Below, piece after piece: positions 37,857 through 51,206 of a stretch of DNA of 64,000 bases (positions are counted from its first letter, which is position 1; each line of letters starts with the position of its first letter). This stretch comes from Callorhinchus milii. Lineage: Eukaryota. Location: the NCBI RefSeq assembly GCF_018977255.1, contig NW_024704742.1:132062001-132126000 (forward strand), read 5' to 3'. The translations under genes were made by a program, and so were the position numbers. The notes under the pieces are model-generated. The model ran no database searches, was not told the origin of the DNA, and worked only from the letters and a program-made list of their open reading frames with translations.

Positions 37857-38557
37857 GGTTGAAAAGAATAGAGGAAGAGATAAATCACAAACTGACATCA
37901 ATGGAAACAAAGCTTGGCTCCTTGAAGTCTAAACATCAACAACACAACAAGAAATTGTGTTTGTATGACACCTTTCATTTGGGGAGGACGTCCTCATGAT
38001 CTGGACAATCAAGGGCTTTGGGGTTTGTATTCAGAAAGGGGTGGGGGCCAAGGAAGGGTGGGGGTGGGAAGATGACCAAAGATACAGACAAAGAGGTTCT
38101 AAACAGGGTCTAAGCATGCTGGTCTAAGATTGTAGGATGAATGGAAGCCAGGGGGAAATAAAGAGTTAATAAGTTTTGAATAGTTAAATAACTTTGAATT
38201 AATGAGACGATTATGTGCTTGAATATTAGGTGATGTGCTCACCTCTGATCTAGAAGGTTGTGGGGTCAGGCCCTCTGTCAGCACTTGGAATTCATAGTCC
38301 AGACTGACACCGGATAAGATGTTAAACCACGTTGTTCTTCATATGAGATATTAAATTGAAATCCCGTCTCCCTATTCAAGTGGATGTTAAAGATCCAACG
38401 GCACTTTCTGAAAAGTTAAGGGAGTTTCTCCTGGTGTCCTCACCAGTATTCTCGCACATAAAAATAAAATAGTCATTCACTTTATGGCTGTTCGTGGGTC
38501 ATTGCTACGTTCAAAAGCATTTTGAAACATTTTGACTCAATAAAGTGCTGTATCTAA

Positions 38558-38975
38558 AATAATAATCCTTGCATTTGATATACCACCTTATCACATCGAG
38601 ATGTCTCAAAGCACTTCACAGGATACACTGTAAAGTGGATTGACTGTATATTTTGTAGGAGAAATGTGGCAGCCAGTTTGTGCGCAGCAGTGTCCCACAA
38701 ACAGCCCTGGAATGAGCGACCAATTTATTTAGGGGATTGTTGGACATCAAGAGAATCTCCCTTCTCTTTTCGAATAGTGCCATGGGATCTTTAACATCCA
38801 CCTGAACAAATGGGACCTCGGTTTAACGTCTCATCCAAAGAACAACACCTACGACACATCCCTAGCAATGCATTGGAGTGTCAGCTTAGACTGTGTGATT
38901 CCAGGTCCCTACTTGGGTCTTGAACCCATAACCCTCTGACTCAGAGACAAGAATGCTACCACTGCGTTAGGCTGA
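38558..38975 (-). mobile_element. DeuSINE-type SINE (family B), full length, tail-to-tail with another B copy at ~38225-38557
   Basis: CGAATAGTGCCATGGGATCTTTAACATCCACCTGAAC..GGACCTCGGTTTAACGTCTCATCC. Confidence 0.85.
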
Positions 38976-40079
38976 TAAACGAATATCGAATGCAAGGATT
39001 ATTATTCTAGAAAAAAACTTGCATTTAATACAGCACCTTTCATGTCGGAACTGAAATGTCAGCCCGCCCTAGCCTATGAGTTCAAAGTCCCAGTGTGGAG
39101 GCTTGAACCCACAACCTTCTGACTGTGAGGCAAGAGTGCCACCAACTGAGACAGGCTGACAGTGGCCGGAGGTGGTCATCGGTGTGAAAGTGGAAAACAA
39201 AGCTGAATTTAAGGTAAAAGAGTCAAGTGCTTTGAGAGGAATTCAGCTCATCATGAACTTCAGCAGAAAATCTTAAATTGCGAACTTGTTAGGAGCGCAC
39301 CATGCCTGTCCATTTCAACAGCTTGAGCAAAGCCAAAGCCAATGAAACATTAATTGGCAAAGTGTACAAGAACAGCATTGTTAGACTGTTTTATTGAAAT
39401 TCCTCACAGTCTTGGGAAAATATAGCAAAACGGGTATAGATTAACAATTTACTGGAGTGAATGGCCTCGTTCCATTACATATTTTCTTTGGCTTTTCCAT
39501 TTTTGTGGTTTTTATGTGAGGTTGTCAAGGAACAAAATATTTTCACTGTGAAAGTTAATACTTTCTCTGTTCAGCTCCCCATCAAGCACTCCCAGGTAAG
39601 AGGATTTTTTTAAAACTTTTTTTTGTATGTGAATAATAAATGCAATGGACCAACCACTGGTGTTATGTAGTGTGGAGATGTTTATTCCTCATCGACTGTG
39701 CTTATGGTCACCTTCCCCTTTCCTTCCTCCCCTTCTCCCCTCTCCCTCACTCAGAGTCTGACCCCACCACTGTGCAATGCTCTGAGACATTATGCCATAA
39801 ATCAAGACATTTTCATTCAAGAAAAAAATGAAAACATACGCCGGTCAAACACGGACTTACTTAGATCCGTACGAATGTTCGAAGGGGCCACTCCTTGATG
39901 TTCACGCAGGCCACAACTTGGCCATGATTGTCTTACAGAACATAATAACTGAACAGCAACTCCCAACAATGCAGTGTACCCTCGGCGCTGCCTTGGAATG
40001 ACTTGTGAATGCCAAGTTTTGGAATGGGCTTGAACCTACAGCCTTTTGAGTCAGAAGCGAAACTGCTAACAACTTATAA

Positions 40080-40705
40080 GTAAATCTTTGAAGATAGCAG
40101 AACAGGTAGATAAAGCTGCTAAAAAAGCATACGGTATACCAGACTTTATAAATAGGGGTTTAGGCCTAAGCTAGAGACTGTGTTCAGTTCTGGGCACCAC
40201 ACTTTAGGAAGGATATCAAGGCATTGGAGAGGGTGCAAAGGAGATTTACCAGTATGATACCAGGAATGAGGGATTTCAGTTAACAGGAGAGACTAGAGAA
40301 GCTAGGATTATTCTCCTTGGAGCAGAGAAGGTTAAGAAGAGACTTAATAGAAGTTTTCAAATTAAAATTATGAGGGGATTCGTTACGGTGAACAAGGAGA
40401 AACTATTTTCTCTGGCGGGTGGGTCGGTAACCCGAGGACACCGATTTAAAATAGTTGTTAAAAGAAACAGATGGGAGGTGAGGAGAATTTTTTTTACACT
40501 GCGAGTTGTTTGGATCTGGAATGCATCGATTCGATAACAACTTTTAAGAGATAAGTAGGTAATTATTTGGGGAGGACAAGTTTGCTGTGCTATGGGGAGA
40601 GCGCAGGGGAGTGGAAATGAATTGGACAACTCTTTTCAGAGAGCTGGCACACACATGATGGGCCGAATGGCCTCCTTCTGTGCTGTATAATTCTATGTTT
40701 CTGTG
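40080..40705 (+). mobile_element. CR1 LINE 3' fragment with decayed ORF2 C-terminus
   Basis: Translates [49 protein letters not shown]; tail GGGCCGAATGGCCTCCTTCTGTGCTGT. Confidence 0.9.
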
Positions 40706-42664
40706 AACTGAGCAAGGCCTACATCCAAAGGTAAAGTACACTATTTAAATGCAAACTGTTTGAATGATTTGGTACAACAGCAGATGAGTCAATCTGACCA
40801 TGTTGATTGGTTGGACCTCTAGTTTGCCCTTTCTTTCTTGCACATCTGATTACGTCACCAGACGACCAAAAATAGTCCTTTTTAACACATGTTTCAACAG
40901 ATTTGTTCATCTGCACGTATTTAACCCGAAAGGCAAACGGAAATGTTAACTTTGCCAATTATGTAATTCAGTTAACAGTGGGAAAAGCACATCCAGGCAC
41001 ATGAATATTTCAGCAGTTGTCACTAATGGAAGCTCTTAGAGTCACAAATATCAATATAATATCAACCCTGATATGATAATATATATGATGATTCGCTGTG
41101 CGAGTCATTTGGTAATCTTCGCCTGACAGCTCAGCAGTTCAGCACGTCCAGAGTAGAAATTAGTGGTGGCTGTTATTGACGTTATGTCAGTGCTTGCTGC
41201 TAACACTGTTATATTGAAAAGTATTGGCAATAAATAAATATGTAAATACATTTTTAAAAAAGCAGAGCAAGAATGCACAGAATAAAGTAGATGTGATACA
41301 GTGGTCTGTTTCTCTAACCCTGTAATGTTATCTTTCGGAGATTTTCAAAAGGCATTTGACAGTAGAGGTATGTTACTCAAAAGGTGCTACATCTGACTTT
41401 ATTGTTTGGGAAAGAGCCATAAGTAAATAGATAATATTAATAATCCTCGCATTCGATATAGCGCCTTTCACGTCTGAAGTACATCTCAAAGCGCTTCAGG
41501 CAGCATTCACTGTAAAACATAGTGACTGTGAAATTTGCAGGCGAATGTGGCAGCCAATAAATAAGAATATCATATATAAGCCTTATATTTCATTTAGCAT
41601 CTTTCATGTCAGGAGGATGTCTCAAAGCGCTTCACAAGATATACTGTAAAGTATAGTGACTGAGTAGGCGAATGCGACAACCAATTTATATTGAGCAAAT
41701 GTCCCACAAACAGCATTACAGTGAATGACCAATTTTATCTGGGAGAATTGTTTCATCCCGAAGGCCAGTTACACACAACAAAGTCCCACAAACAGCCATG
41801 CAATAAGTGATCAATTTTATCTGGGGGGATTGTTGACCAGGATACCAGGAGAAAATTCCCTTCTCCTTTCGAATGGAGCCATGGGATCTTTAACATCTAC
41901 CTGAACAGGCAGCTGGGACCTCGGCATACCGTCTCATCCGAATGATGGAAAATCATCAAGGAGATCAATGAGACTGCTGAGAAATGGAACGGCACTCCAC
42001 TTTTCACCTGCATATTCCATCAAGCTCCAGCCAGGTTAGGATTTAGAGGCTTCCTTCTATAATGCCTGCGATGTGCTCACATGTCCAAAGAGCAGCCTCT
42101 ATGGCACCAGTGTGATTATTCAATGTCCTGCACGGCTTAGCCTTATGGGTTCTCGGGCTCTGATTGTCAAACGAATGGCAATTACACTGGAAATGCTAGC
42201 AGCATTAATGGGCGATGGAGCAGCATGACCTGAAAGCTGTATTGAATTTGGATCATTTCTCTGTACTCTCTGCAACCAGACAGTGGAATGTTTTAACCCT
42301 ACCTGAAGCAGATTTGTAAACAAATGCAACAGATAATTAAAAGTCACTTTTTGTGGAGTCGGAACAATAATAATTATCCTTGCATTTGATATAGCGCCTT
42401 ATCGTATCTTTGAGATGTCTCAAAGTGCTTCACAGAATATACTGTAATTGAATTCACTGTATATTTTGTGGGCGAAATGCAGTAGCCGATTGCGCACAGC
42501 AGTTTCCCACAAACAGTCGTCGATTGAGATACCAAATTTTTTTAAAAGGGATTTCAAGAATAAATGAGAATGTATGAGAAAAAAACACACAGTAGTAAAA
42601 TGATGCTCCTTTCTGAAGGATTTGTTAAGACCCATTCTGATTAAATGAAATTAAAATAAGGGTG

Positions 42665-42970
42665 ATCATAATAATAATAATAATCCCTGACATTTCAAAT
42701 AACAACTTTCACGCTGGGAGAATGACTCAAAGTGTTTCACTGGATTTACTGTAAAGTGTAGTGACAGTATATTTTGTAGATGAACGTGGGAGCCAATTTG
42801 CACACAGCATTGTCCCACAAACAGCCATGAAGTGAAGGATCAATTTTATCCGGGGGATTTTGGTCAGTGTACTAGAGAAACTCCCTTCTCTTTTCGAATA
42901 GTGCCGTGGGATCTTTAACAACCACCTGAACAAGCACAGACTGGACCTTGGCGAAGGATGGCATCTCCAG
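42665..42970 (-). mobile_element. Family B SINE 3' two-thirds
   Basis: CTTCTCTTTTCGAATAGTGCCGTGGGATCTTTAACAACCACCTGAAC. Confidence 0.8.
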
Positions 42971-43592
42971 AAGATGGGGGTGTAATAACTGATGGCATGT
43001 GGGGGAATGGGAGGGTGAAGCCCAGGAGGCCTGTGTTAACTGAGCCTAACAGGGAAAAAAGATAATTTAGAACTACTTTGTTTCCGATGAATGAGTTTAA
43101 AGCTATTGATTTCTTGTACTTTTATACAGCCCACAATCCGACCTGCCAATTGTGACATTACTGCACAGAGTATTAAGGGATCAATTCCCTTTGTGCGGGT
43201 TGAACATTTCTCAAAAGCGTTATCTGGACCATGTGGCAATGGCAGAACTGCAGCTCGGGAGTAAATAAAACATCATGAACGTGCATGGTCGAAATGTGTT
43301 CTCGTCCAATTCAGAACTAGCCAGCCCGAAATTTAGCCCTATTCCTCAGCCTCAGGACCAATTTGTCTTATAATTTAAGATCGTACTGAATTGCAGGAAA
43401 TCCTTAAATTCAGTATCAATTTGAGAGCTTGAATTCTGCAGTTCTTCAAAACCAACCGACTTCTCAATTAGGACTCTTTTTTTCAAAAAACAAATCCACA
43501 AATTCTGCACGATCAGAAGTCAAGAATAAATGGATTTACAGGCTGAGACAGCAACAGCAACTTGTGTGCTTTACACAGAGAGAGCTTTATAC

Positions 43593-43750
43593 TTTAGAAT
43601 GCATTAGAATATACAGCCAGAAACAGGCCATTCGGCCCAACTGGTCTATGCCGGTGTTTATGCTCCACATGAGCCTCCTCCTGCCCTTTCTCAACTAAGC
43701 CTTCAAAAATAACCTTCCTTTCTCCCTCATGTACCTATCTAGCTTTCTTA
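43593..43750 (-). mobile_element. CR1 LINE 3' end (second CR1 family)
   Basis: GAAACAGGCCATTCGGCCCAACTGGTCTATGCCGGTGTTTATGCTCCAC. Confidence 0.75.
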
Positions 43751-44004
43751 AGTACCCTTATAGGATACCAAGCAAGGGGAAGGTGTCCATAGGCATTTTT
43801 GAAGAGGTAGGATTTGAAGCAGGACTTAAAGGCAGGAAATAGGGTGCAGGGGAATGGAGTTCCAGAAGTTAGAGGCGTAGAAACTGAAATTTGGACCACC
43901 GATAGTGGCACAGAGAGAGTGGAAGCTGGTGCCTCAAATTTTCAATGTTTGCTGTCGATAGCACAACTTCAATGTTTTATCACTTATAATGATACTTACA
44001 TTTG

Positions 44005-44412
44005 GTAAATTGCTTTTCACATCAGGAAGATGACTCAAAGTGTTTCACAGGATTTACTGTACTTTATTATACTATAAATGTATTGTGAGGTTTGTACGAA
44101 AACAGAGCAACCACTTTGTGAACAGCAATGGTTCACAAATAGCCCTGAAATCCATGACCAATTTTATTTGAGGGTTTGTTGGGAACGACAATGGGAGAAA
44201 CTCCCTTCTCTTTTCAAGTAACACATTGGGATCTTTAACACACAACTGAAATGCAGGGCCTCAGTTTAACATTTCATTCCAAAGAACTGTACCTCCAGCG
44301 CTGCATTGGAATGGCAGCGTAAACTACATGAGTTCTAAAAACCTAGTGGAGGCTTGAATCCACCATTTTCTGACTCAGAGGCAAGAGTGCTACCAACTGA
44401 GCCAGGCTGACG
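44005..44412 (-). mobile_element. DeuSINE-type SINE (family B), full length
   Basis: TCTGACTCAGAGGCAAGAGTGCTACCAACTGAGCCAGGCTGAC head. Confidence 0.85.
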
Positions 44413-44512
44413 CACAATTAAGCTTCGGTGTGAAGCATAATGGAGAGAGAATTAAAAAAATACACAGATGGCCATCAGGTTTGCGTTGCGCTCACCACAA
44501 GAACAGTACATT

Positions 44513-44816
44513 GTGGAGTCCTGTAGCTCAGTGGTTAGAGCATTTGCCTTGCAAGCGAGACACCTGGGTTCAATTCCAGGCAGGGCGAATCCTTACTCCA
44601 CACACCTAATAATAATCCCTCCAAAACAAAACAATATTAAATTGGTCATTTTCAATCCCCAACTGTTTGTGGGACACTGCTGTGCGCAATTGACTGCTGC
44701 GTTTTGCCCACAAATATACAGTCAATTCACTTTACAGTCTATTCTGTGAAGCGCTTTGAGATGTCGAGAAGACGTGAAAAGCGCTATACCAAATGCAAAG
44801 ATTATTATTATTATAT
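44513..44816 (+). mobile_element. SINE family A short form with 8-bp target-site duplication
   Basis: AGTACATT at 44505-44512 and 44817-44824 flanks the element. Confidence 0.9.
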
Positions 44817-46517
44817 AGTACATTACCTCCTACATTCGCACTGCCTTGCCGAGCATTTATAAACATGAACAGTTGTGTGGTTGATACTAATAGATCCAGT
44901 TTTTTTTTATGGGAGCTAAGTGCAGTGTTGCAGTCCCAGAGTAATAATATTGGTTACTTCACATCAATATTGTAACTTGCCGTAGGGTCTTTTAAAATAA
45001 AAACCCTGAAGCTACCATTAACAAATTCATCCGAGCCTCCTCATGTAGCAAAGCAGTGGTGAATTGAGTCAATCAGACCATGAGTTGAGGAAAATGTTGA
45101 AATCTGACAGGCCCCATACTGTCATTGCAATTTATGTCATCTAATGATTTCATGCACCATTTTGATTTCCACTTCCCCCCCCCCACTTCCCCCTCCAACT
45201 CTCTCTCCAAATAAACTATACGCCTTCAAATATTTATTATTCACTCTTTAAGCACTGAGTTTCCATGACCCTGCAAAAGTGAATTCTTGTAAAACTCACT
45301 CCCAGTAATTTTGTTTTGGACCGATCTTTAAAGGGCTTTCTGCTATTGTGGTCTCTGGCTATTGTGGTTGCATCGCTGGATCTGTGAATGAGACCCATAA
45401 GAGCTATATTTCACAACTCCACGGATGAGTTTTTAGAGCAGTAGAGCATTACGAAAATAAATGTGATATTAAATGTGCCCATTGTTGGAAACATTTTTTT
45501 TAATATTCTCATCGAGAACGTGAAGTCTTACTGTGAATACAGCATGGAAATGCAGAACATGACCTCCTTGCTCTCTTTTTCTCTCTCTCCCTCCCTCCTT
45601 CCTCCCTCCCTCATTCCCTCTTTCCCCTCCTTCCTTCTTTCTTTACACCGAGATGAGCGTTACACCAGAACTCACAATTTATTTATGTCACCAAAATGTG
45701 TCATGCAGCGTATACTACCCAGGAGAAATTCCCTTCTCTCATCAAATAGGGTCATTGTATCTTTAATCCAAACAGGCAATTGGGACCTCGGTTCTGAAAG
45801 GATAAGCTGACAATGCACACGCACCATCACTGCTGCACTGCACTGGAGAGTGAGCTGGACTGAACTCAAATTGAGACTTGGGGCTTAAGCCCACAACCTG
45901 CTGACTCAAAGGCAAGAGTGCCATCTACTGAGCCAATCTGACACAAGAAGCTGAGTGAAGAAGACTTTGTCTTTTTATCATGCCTTATCATGTCTAAATG
46001 GCTCGAGCTTTTCACAGATAATTACTATCAAGCATAGCGATTGCTTTTGTAGGTAAACACAGCAGCTCACAAGGTTCCACGAATATGAAGTGAATCTGAT
46101 CTGAAGGATTGCTGGCCAGTAATTTGGCGAGTCACAGCTCAACTTGACTTCAGACTCCGATACAGATAGTCAGATCTAGGGATAGCAAGACATACGGATT
46201 CACAGTGTTCTGTGTACTTAGTTTTGATTTTCCATACTTTTCATGCTATAATATATACCGTGGCCTTTTACCTCAATCCACAACTGTTTGTGAAACACTG
46301 ATGTATGCCACTTTTCACCAACTAAATATACAGTCAGTTCACTTTACTGTATAAGCTGTGAAACGCTTTGAAACATCTTGAAGACCTGATAAGGTGCTAT
46401 ATCAAATGCAAGGATTATTTTAATAATTATTATCTGGTCCCATTATCCTTGCTCTGGATGCTAGATCTAGGAGACTGAAAGATGACGAGACAAAGAGGTT
46501 TAAAATGCACAATTTCT

Positions 46518-47127
46518 AACAACAACAACAACTTGGATTTACATAACGCCCTCCACGCCAGACGGCATCTCAGAGCGCTTTACAGTAACGGATCCTGGGA
46601 CTGAGCCAGGGGAGGGGGAGGAAGGTGACCAAAGGCACGGTCGAAAAGAAAGGTCTTCAGCAGAGACTTGAAAATAGGAAGGGAGGGAGTGAGGAGAAGG
46701 GAGTGAGGAAGGGAGTTCCAGAGCCTCGGGGCATGGTAGCTGAAGGCACGGCCGCCGAGAGTGGAGAAGAGGACTTGGGGGACGAGGAGGAGGCAAGACC
46801 CGGAGGAACGAAGGCAATGGGTACTGTTTTGAGGAGAGAGGAGATCAGAGAGGTCGGGGGTGCAGAGGCGTGCAGGGACTTGAATAAAAGGGTGAGGATC
46901 TTGAGATCAATCCTCTCTGGAATGGACAGCCAGAGCAGTCTGGCAAGGACTGGGGTGATCAGGGAGCAGAGTTTCGTGCAGGTGAGAATGCGGGCGGCAG
47001 AGTTTTGAATGATTTGGATTTTATGGATGGTAGTGGATAGGAGGCTGGTGAGGAGGGCATTAGAGTAGTCCAGCCGAGAGGTGACAAAGGCATGGACCAG
47101 GGTTTCAGCGGCTTTTGTGGAGAGGTA
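46518..47127 (-). mobile_element. L2 LINE 3' fragment (distinct family)
   Basis: Reverse reads YLSTKAAETLVHAFVTSRLDYSNALL..QIIQNSAARIL; (TTG)n tail. Confidence 0.9.
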
Positions 47128-47655
47128 TTGCTGGAGTGTTTCAATTCCTCAATAAGGAAAATCAAGTTGTGTAAATCAGGGAAAAATGTTCTGAGAATGT
47201 TGTTCTGACACAACCAACTTCTGGAGCAGAAGTTCCGTAGGGATGGATGGGTTCTCTGTCGAGATTTCTTATTAAGCCATCCTTTTAAAAATCCTGCAAT
47301 TTAGATACAATCTTATACATAATGTTAATAATAATCCTGGTATTTGACATAGCCCCTTATCACATCTTCGAGACATCTCAAAGCGCTTCACAGAATATAC
47401 TGTAAAGTGAATTGACGTATATTTTGTGGGCGAGGTATGAGATTTGGGAGGTTTGCAGCACAAGAGAAAAAAAGACATAATGAAAATACATCAGAGGTTG
47501 GTGATATATATTGAAAACACTCATCTCTTAGCTTATTTACATCCAAAAGTTTAATGCTCCATGTGTTAGCCAAGCTAGATTCAAAGCATTCTCACATCTG
47601 AGTCAGAAGGCTGTGGGTTCAAACCCAACTTCAGGACTGAGCTCATAGTCTAGGC

Positions 47656-47746
47656 CAGGGAAGACCAATTTGTGGCCCTATGACTATGCTATGCATGTGT
47701 AATGAGGCCCCCATGCAGCCCATGGGCCACAAATTGGCCATCCCTT
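47656..47746. mobile_element. 91-bp hAT (Charlie/Buster-like) MITE
   Basis: TIRs CAGGGAAGACCAATTTGTGGCCC and GGGCCACAAATTGGCCATCCCTT; 8-bp TSD GTCTAGGC (47648-55) / GTCGAGGC (47747-54). Confidence 0.8.
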
Positions 47747-47973
47747 GTCGAGGCTATCAGTGCAGTGCTGGAGTGCTTTGTCAGAAGCACCTTCCTTTAA
47801 ATGAGACATTAAAACCGAGGCGTTCTGGCAGCTATTAGGATCTCATGGCACTATTCATACAAAAATAGAATTTCTCCCGGTGTCTTGGCCAACAATACCC
47901 ACAGCTAAAATTGGTCATTCACTTTGTGGCTGTTTGGGGGACATTGCTGTACATAAAGTGTCTGCCACATTCA

Positions 47974-48326
47974 TAGAATCATAGAATCATAGAATGTTAT
48001 GGCACAGAAGGAGGCCATTCGGCCCATCGAGTCTGTGCCGGCTCTTTGACAGAGCAACTGACTTTTATTAACCCCACTCACCAGCTTTCTCCCCATAATC
48101 CTGCAAACCTGTCTTCTCCAGATACCTATCCAGTTCTCTCTTAAAAGCTGTTATCGAATCGGACTTCACTACCCTTTCGGGCAGATCATTCCAAATTCTG
48201 ACAACTCGCTGAGTGAAAACATTTCTTCTAACCTCCCCTCTGCTTCTTTTGGTAGATATCTTAAGACTGTGACCATGAGTCACAGACCCAGCTACCACCT
48301 TTTCCCTATCTAGCCTGTCGAGACCT
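47974..48326 (-). mobile_element. CR1 LINE 3' fragment
   Basis: (CATAGAAT)n tail; KGLDRLDREK..THGHSLKI..RGEVRRNVFTQRVVRIWNDLPERVV..FKRELDRYL; TTCA on both flanks. Confidence 0.92.
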
Positions 48327-49511
48327 TTCAACTGTAAATACACAGTCACTGTGTTTTACGGTACCTGTGAAGCGCTTTGAGACGTCTCGTTGAAGTAATA
48401 AGGCACTATGTCAAATGCAATAAATAATACATAAACTCACTTCGAACGTTAAGGGTTACTTTGCCGTCATAAAATATAAGTCTTTCCATGTGAGATTCAG
48501 GGCTGGCACATGTGGAGTATTTACAAATGATGTTCCAATTGACCCTGTGACACTTGTTCCTGCCTCTGTGATTGGGATGAACTAATGTCACAAGATCGAT
48601 TTCAATGTAATCTCATGTAGAAAACGCACAATATCTGCCGAGCGGGTTGCGTTCTAAATGTAATTTTTTGATGAGTGAATTTTAAGTCTTAACTTTCAAA
48701 CAAGATAATTGATTAGGAGCATGAAGGTTGCCATCTGATTTTGCTCAGAATGGAAATACAAAACCGTGGATGTCCATAGCATATTTTATCAGTTGGGAAC
48801 TTAATACCTACCCTTGTGCCGTGTTTCACAGCCTCTGGTTACAGGCTGCTGAACAGGAGAAGATTGATCCTGTTATAACAATGAATGTTATATTAAATGA
48901 AGAAAATTATTACTATTGTTGTACAGAGTGATTGTATTTATTGGCGATCTGGCAGCTAATTTGTGCACAGCAATGTCCCACAAACAGCTATGAAGTGAAT
49001 GATCAATTATATCAAGGGGATTGTTGGTCTGGATACTGGGAGAAATTCTCTTCACCATCGGATCTTTAATGTCCACCTGAGCAATTAGACAGGACCTTGG
49101 TTTAATGACCCCTCTGAAGGATGGCACCACCGACAATTCTGCGTTTCGCCCGCAAAATATACAATCAATTCACTTTGCGATATATTATGTGAAGTGCTTT
49201 GAGATGTCTCAACAACGTTATAAGGTGCAATATCAAATGCAAGGATTTTTTTTATTATAATGCGGCGTTAATCCAGCACTGCGCTGGAAGGTTGCTTATC
49301 TAGAAATGATTCTCGTGAGGTTATTGTGTCTTATTTTTCCTCCAAATCCAACTTCACCCAAAATAAATATTCATATTAATTGTCCACCCAGCTTAGAGAG
49401 AATTCTAGCTAGTGTGACTGCATTCATCTCCATAACATTATTCACTTTATTTCCAATTAAGCTCTTTCTGTAAATATGTATTTTATGTGAAAGGCATGAA
49501 AGAAAGCGTTT

Positions 49512-49824
49512 ATAATAATAGTCCTTGCATTTGATACAGTGCTTTTCACGTCTTCTCGACGTCTCAAAGCGCTTCACAGAATAGACTGTAAAGTGAATTG
49601 ACTGTATATTTGTGGGCGAAACACGACAGCCAATTGCGCACAGTAGTGTCCCACAAGCAGTAGTGGATTGCAAATGACCAATTTATTATTGTTTTGTTTT
49701 GGGGGGATTATTATTAGGCGTGTGGAGTAAGGAAACTTGCCCAAGGTTTCGCCCTGCCTGGAATTGAACCGAGGTGTCTCGCTTGCAAGGCGAGTGCTCT
49801 AACCACTGAGCTACAGGACTCCAC
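49512..49824 (-). mobile_element. SINE family A short form
   Basis: Full tRNA-Ala-like head to (TTA)n tail. Confidence 0.9.
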
Positions 49825-50012
49825 AGTTCTACAGGACTTTCTTGTGAAAGGCTTCATTATAGGACTCACACACCTCTGACACATGGACAATATCTTGCAA
49901 TTTACCATTATCTCAGATATACTGTTATAGGAGTTGTTAAGGCTGGATACTAAGAGAATGCATCTCCTTTGCAAAAATATGCTTCCCGCCTAGTTTGTCC
50001 AAGGTTCTCAAA

Positions 50013-50452
50013 AGAGTTGAATTCAAGATCCTCATCCTCACCTACAAGGCCATTCACGGCCTTGCACCCTCCTACCTCTCTGACCTACTATCCCCCCACG
50101 TACCTGCCCGTACCCTCCGTTCCTCTGGCTCCGGTCTGCTCCACATCCCCCGCTCTAACCGCCTACCATCGGTGGCCGGGCTTTCAGCCTCTCAGCCCCG
50201 AGGCTCTGGAACTCCATCCCCCAGTGCCTTCGCCTTGCCTCGTCCCTTTCCTCCTTCAAGGCCGGTCTCAAGACCTTTCTCTTCAACCATGCCTTCAGCT
50301 CCCCTCTCGACTCTCTACCCCCTCCTCACTCCCTCCCTTCCCTCCCCTCACCCTGACCATTTCCCCCCTGCTCGGATCCCGACCCAACTGTCCAGCACCT
50401 TGGGACGTCCTCCCGACGTGAAAGGCACCCTATAAATGCAATCTTGTTGTTG
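50013..50452 (+). mobile_element. Young L2 LINE 3' fragment
   Basis: EFKILILTYKAIHGLAPSYLSDLL..; about 5 differences in ~175 nt versus 53392-53567 by eye. Confidence 0.92.
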
Positions 50453-50877
50453 ATGTAAAGAAAGCCATTGTAGAAAGGATCTGCTCTGCTTGTGGAACAA
50501 TGACTGTTAATTTAATTCCTCTTATACATATATGTGACTGTTTCTCTGTAGGCGAATGTGCCAGCCCATCTGCACACAGTAATGTCCCACAACCAATCAG
50601 CAGGTGAATAACCATGTATTTTGGAGGGGTTTTGGCCAGGACACCAAGAGAAATTCCTTTCTCTTTTCGAATCATGTTGTGCCTTCTTCACCATGCAACT
50701 GAACAGGAAGATTGAAATTTTGTTCAACATTTCATCTGGAGGACGACAACTCCAACAACACAACACTTTCCCAACACTTCAATGAATCATCAGCCTGGAC
50801 TGTAAACTGAAGAGTGTAAGAGTTAAGGTGATAATCCTCAACAGATCCAATAAGGCTGGTATTACAAATTTAGCATT

Positions 50878-51206
50878 CATTTGGTCAGCTGGACGTCTGA
50901 TATGTGCAGAAACCTATCTCCCTGTTTGAGTATCCAAATCAGACTGAGAATTTCACATATGTATGGCACTTAACACAGAAATATCCCGTGCCTGGAATGG
51001 AATGTGTACTGTCTCTTCCTGGAGAGATGCACTCCGTTTACATAATTCCAGGGAATATTAGGATTAGGTAGAGAGACCCAAGATTTGGGGAACATCAGGG
51101 TGTGCATTGGAGTTCAACAGATGGAGTCAAACGTCTAAAGCTGCACAGCTTGCCATGGCAAACTTCCTTGCTGCTTGTCCGGCTAGGACCAACCTAACCA
51201 TAAGGG
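50878..51206 (+). repeat. Unclassified old interspersed repeat, copy 3 of 3
   Basis: ATTTGGTCAGC..GAGTATCCAAATCAGACTGAGA..CCAAGATTTGGGGA..TGCTGCTTGTCCGGCTAGGACCA, colinear with 7735-8062. Confidence 0.75.

Larger units (their letters stand above)
47565..48428 (+). mobile_element. Family B SINE carrying nested hAT MITE (47656-47746) and CR1 (47974-48326)
   Basis: B head, centre and tail are colinear after removing both inserts. Confidence 0.8.
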
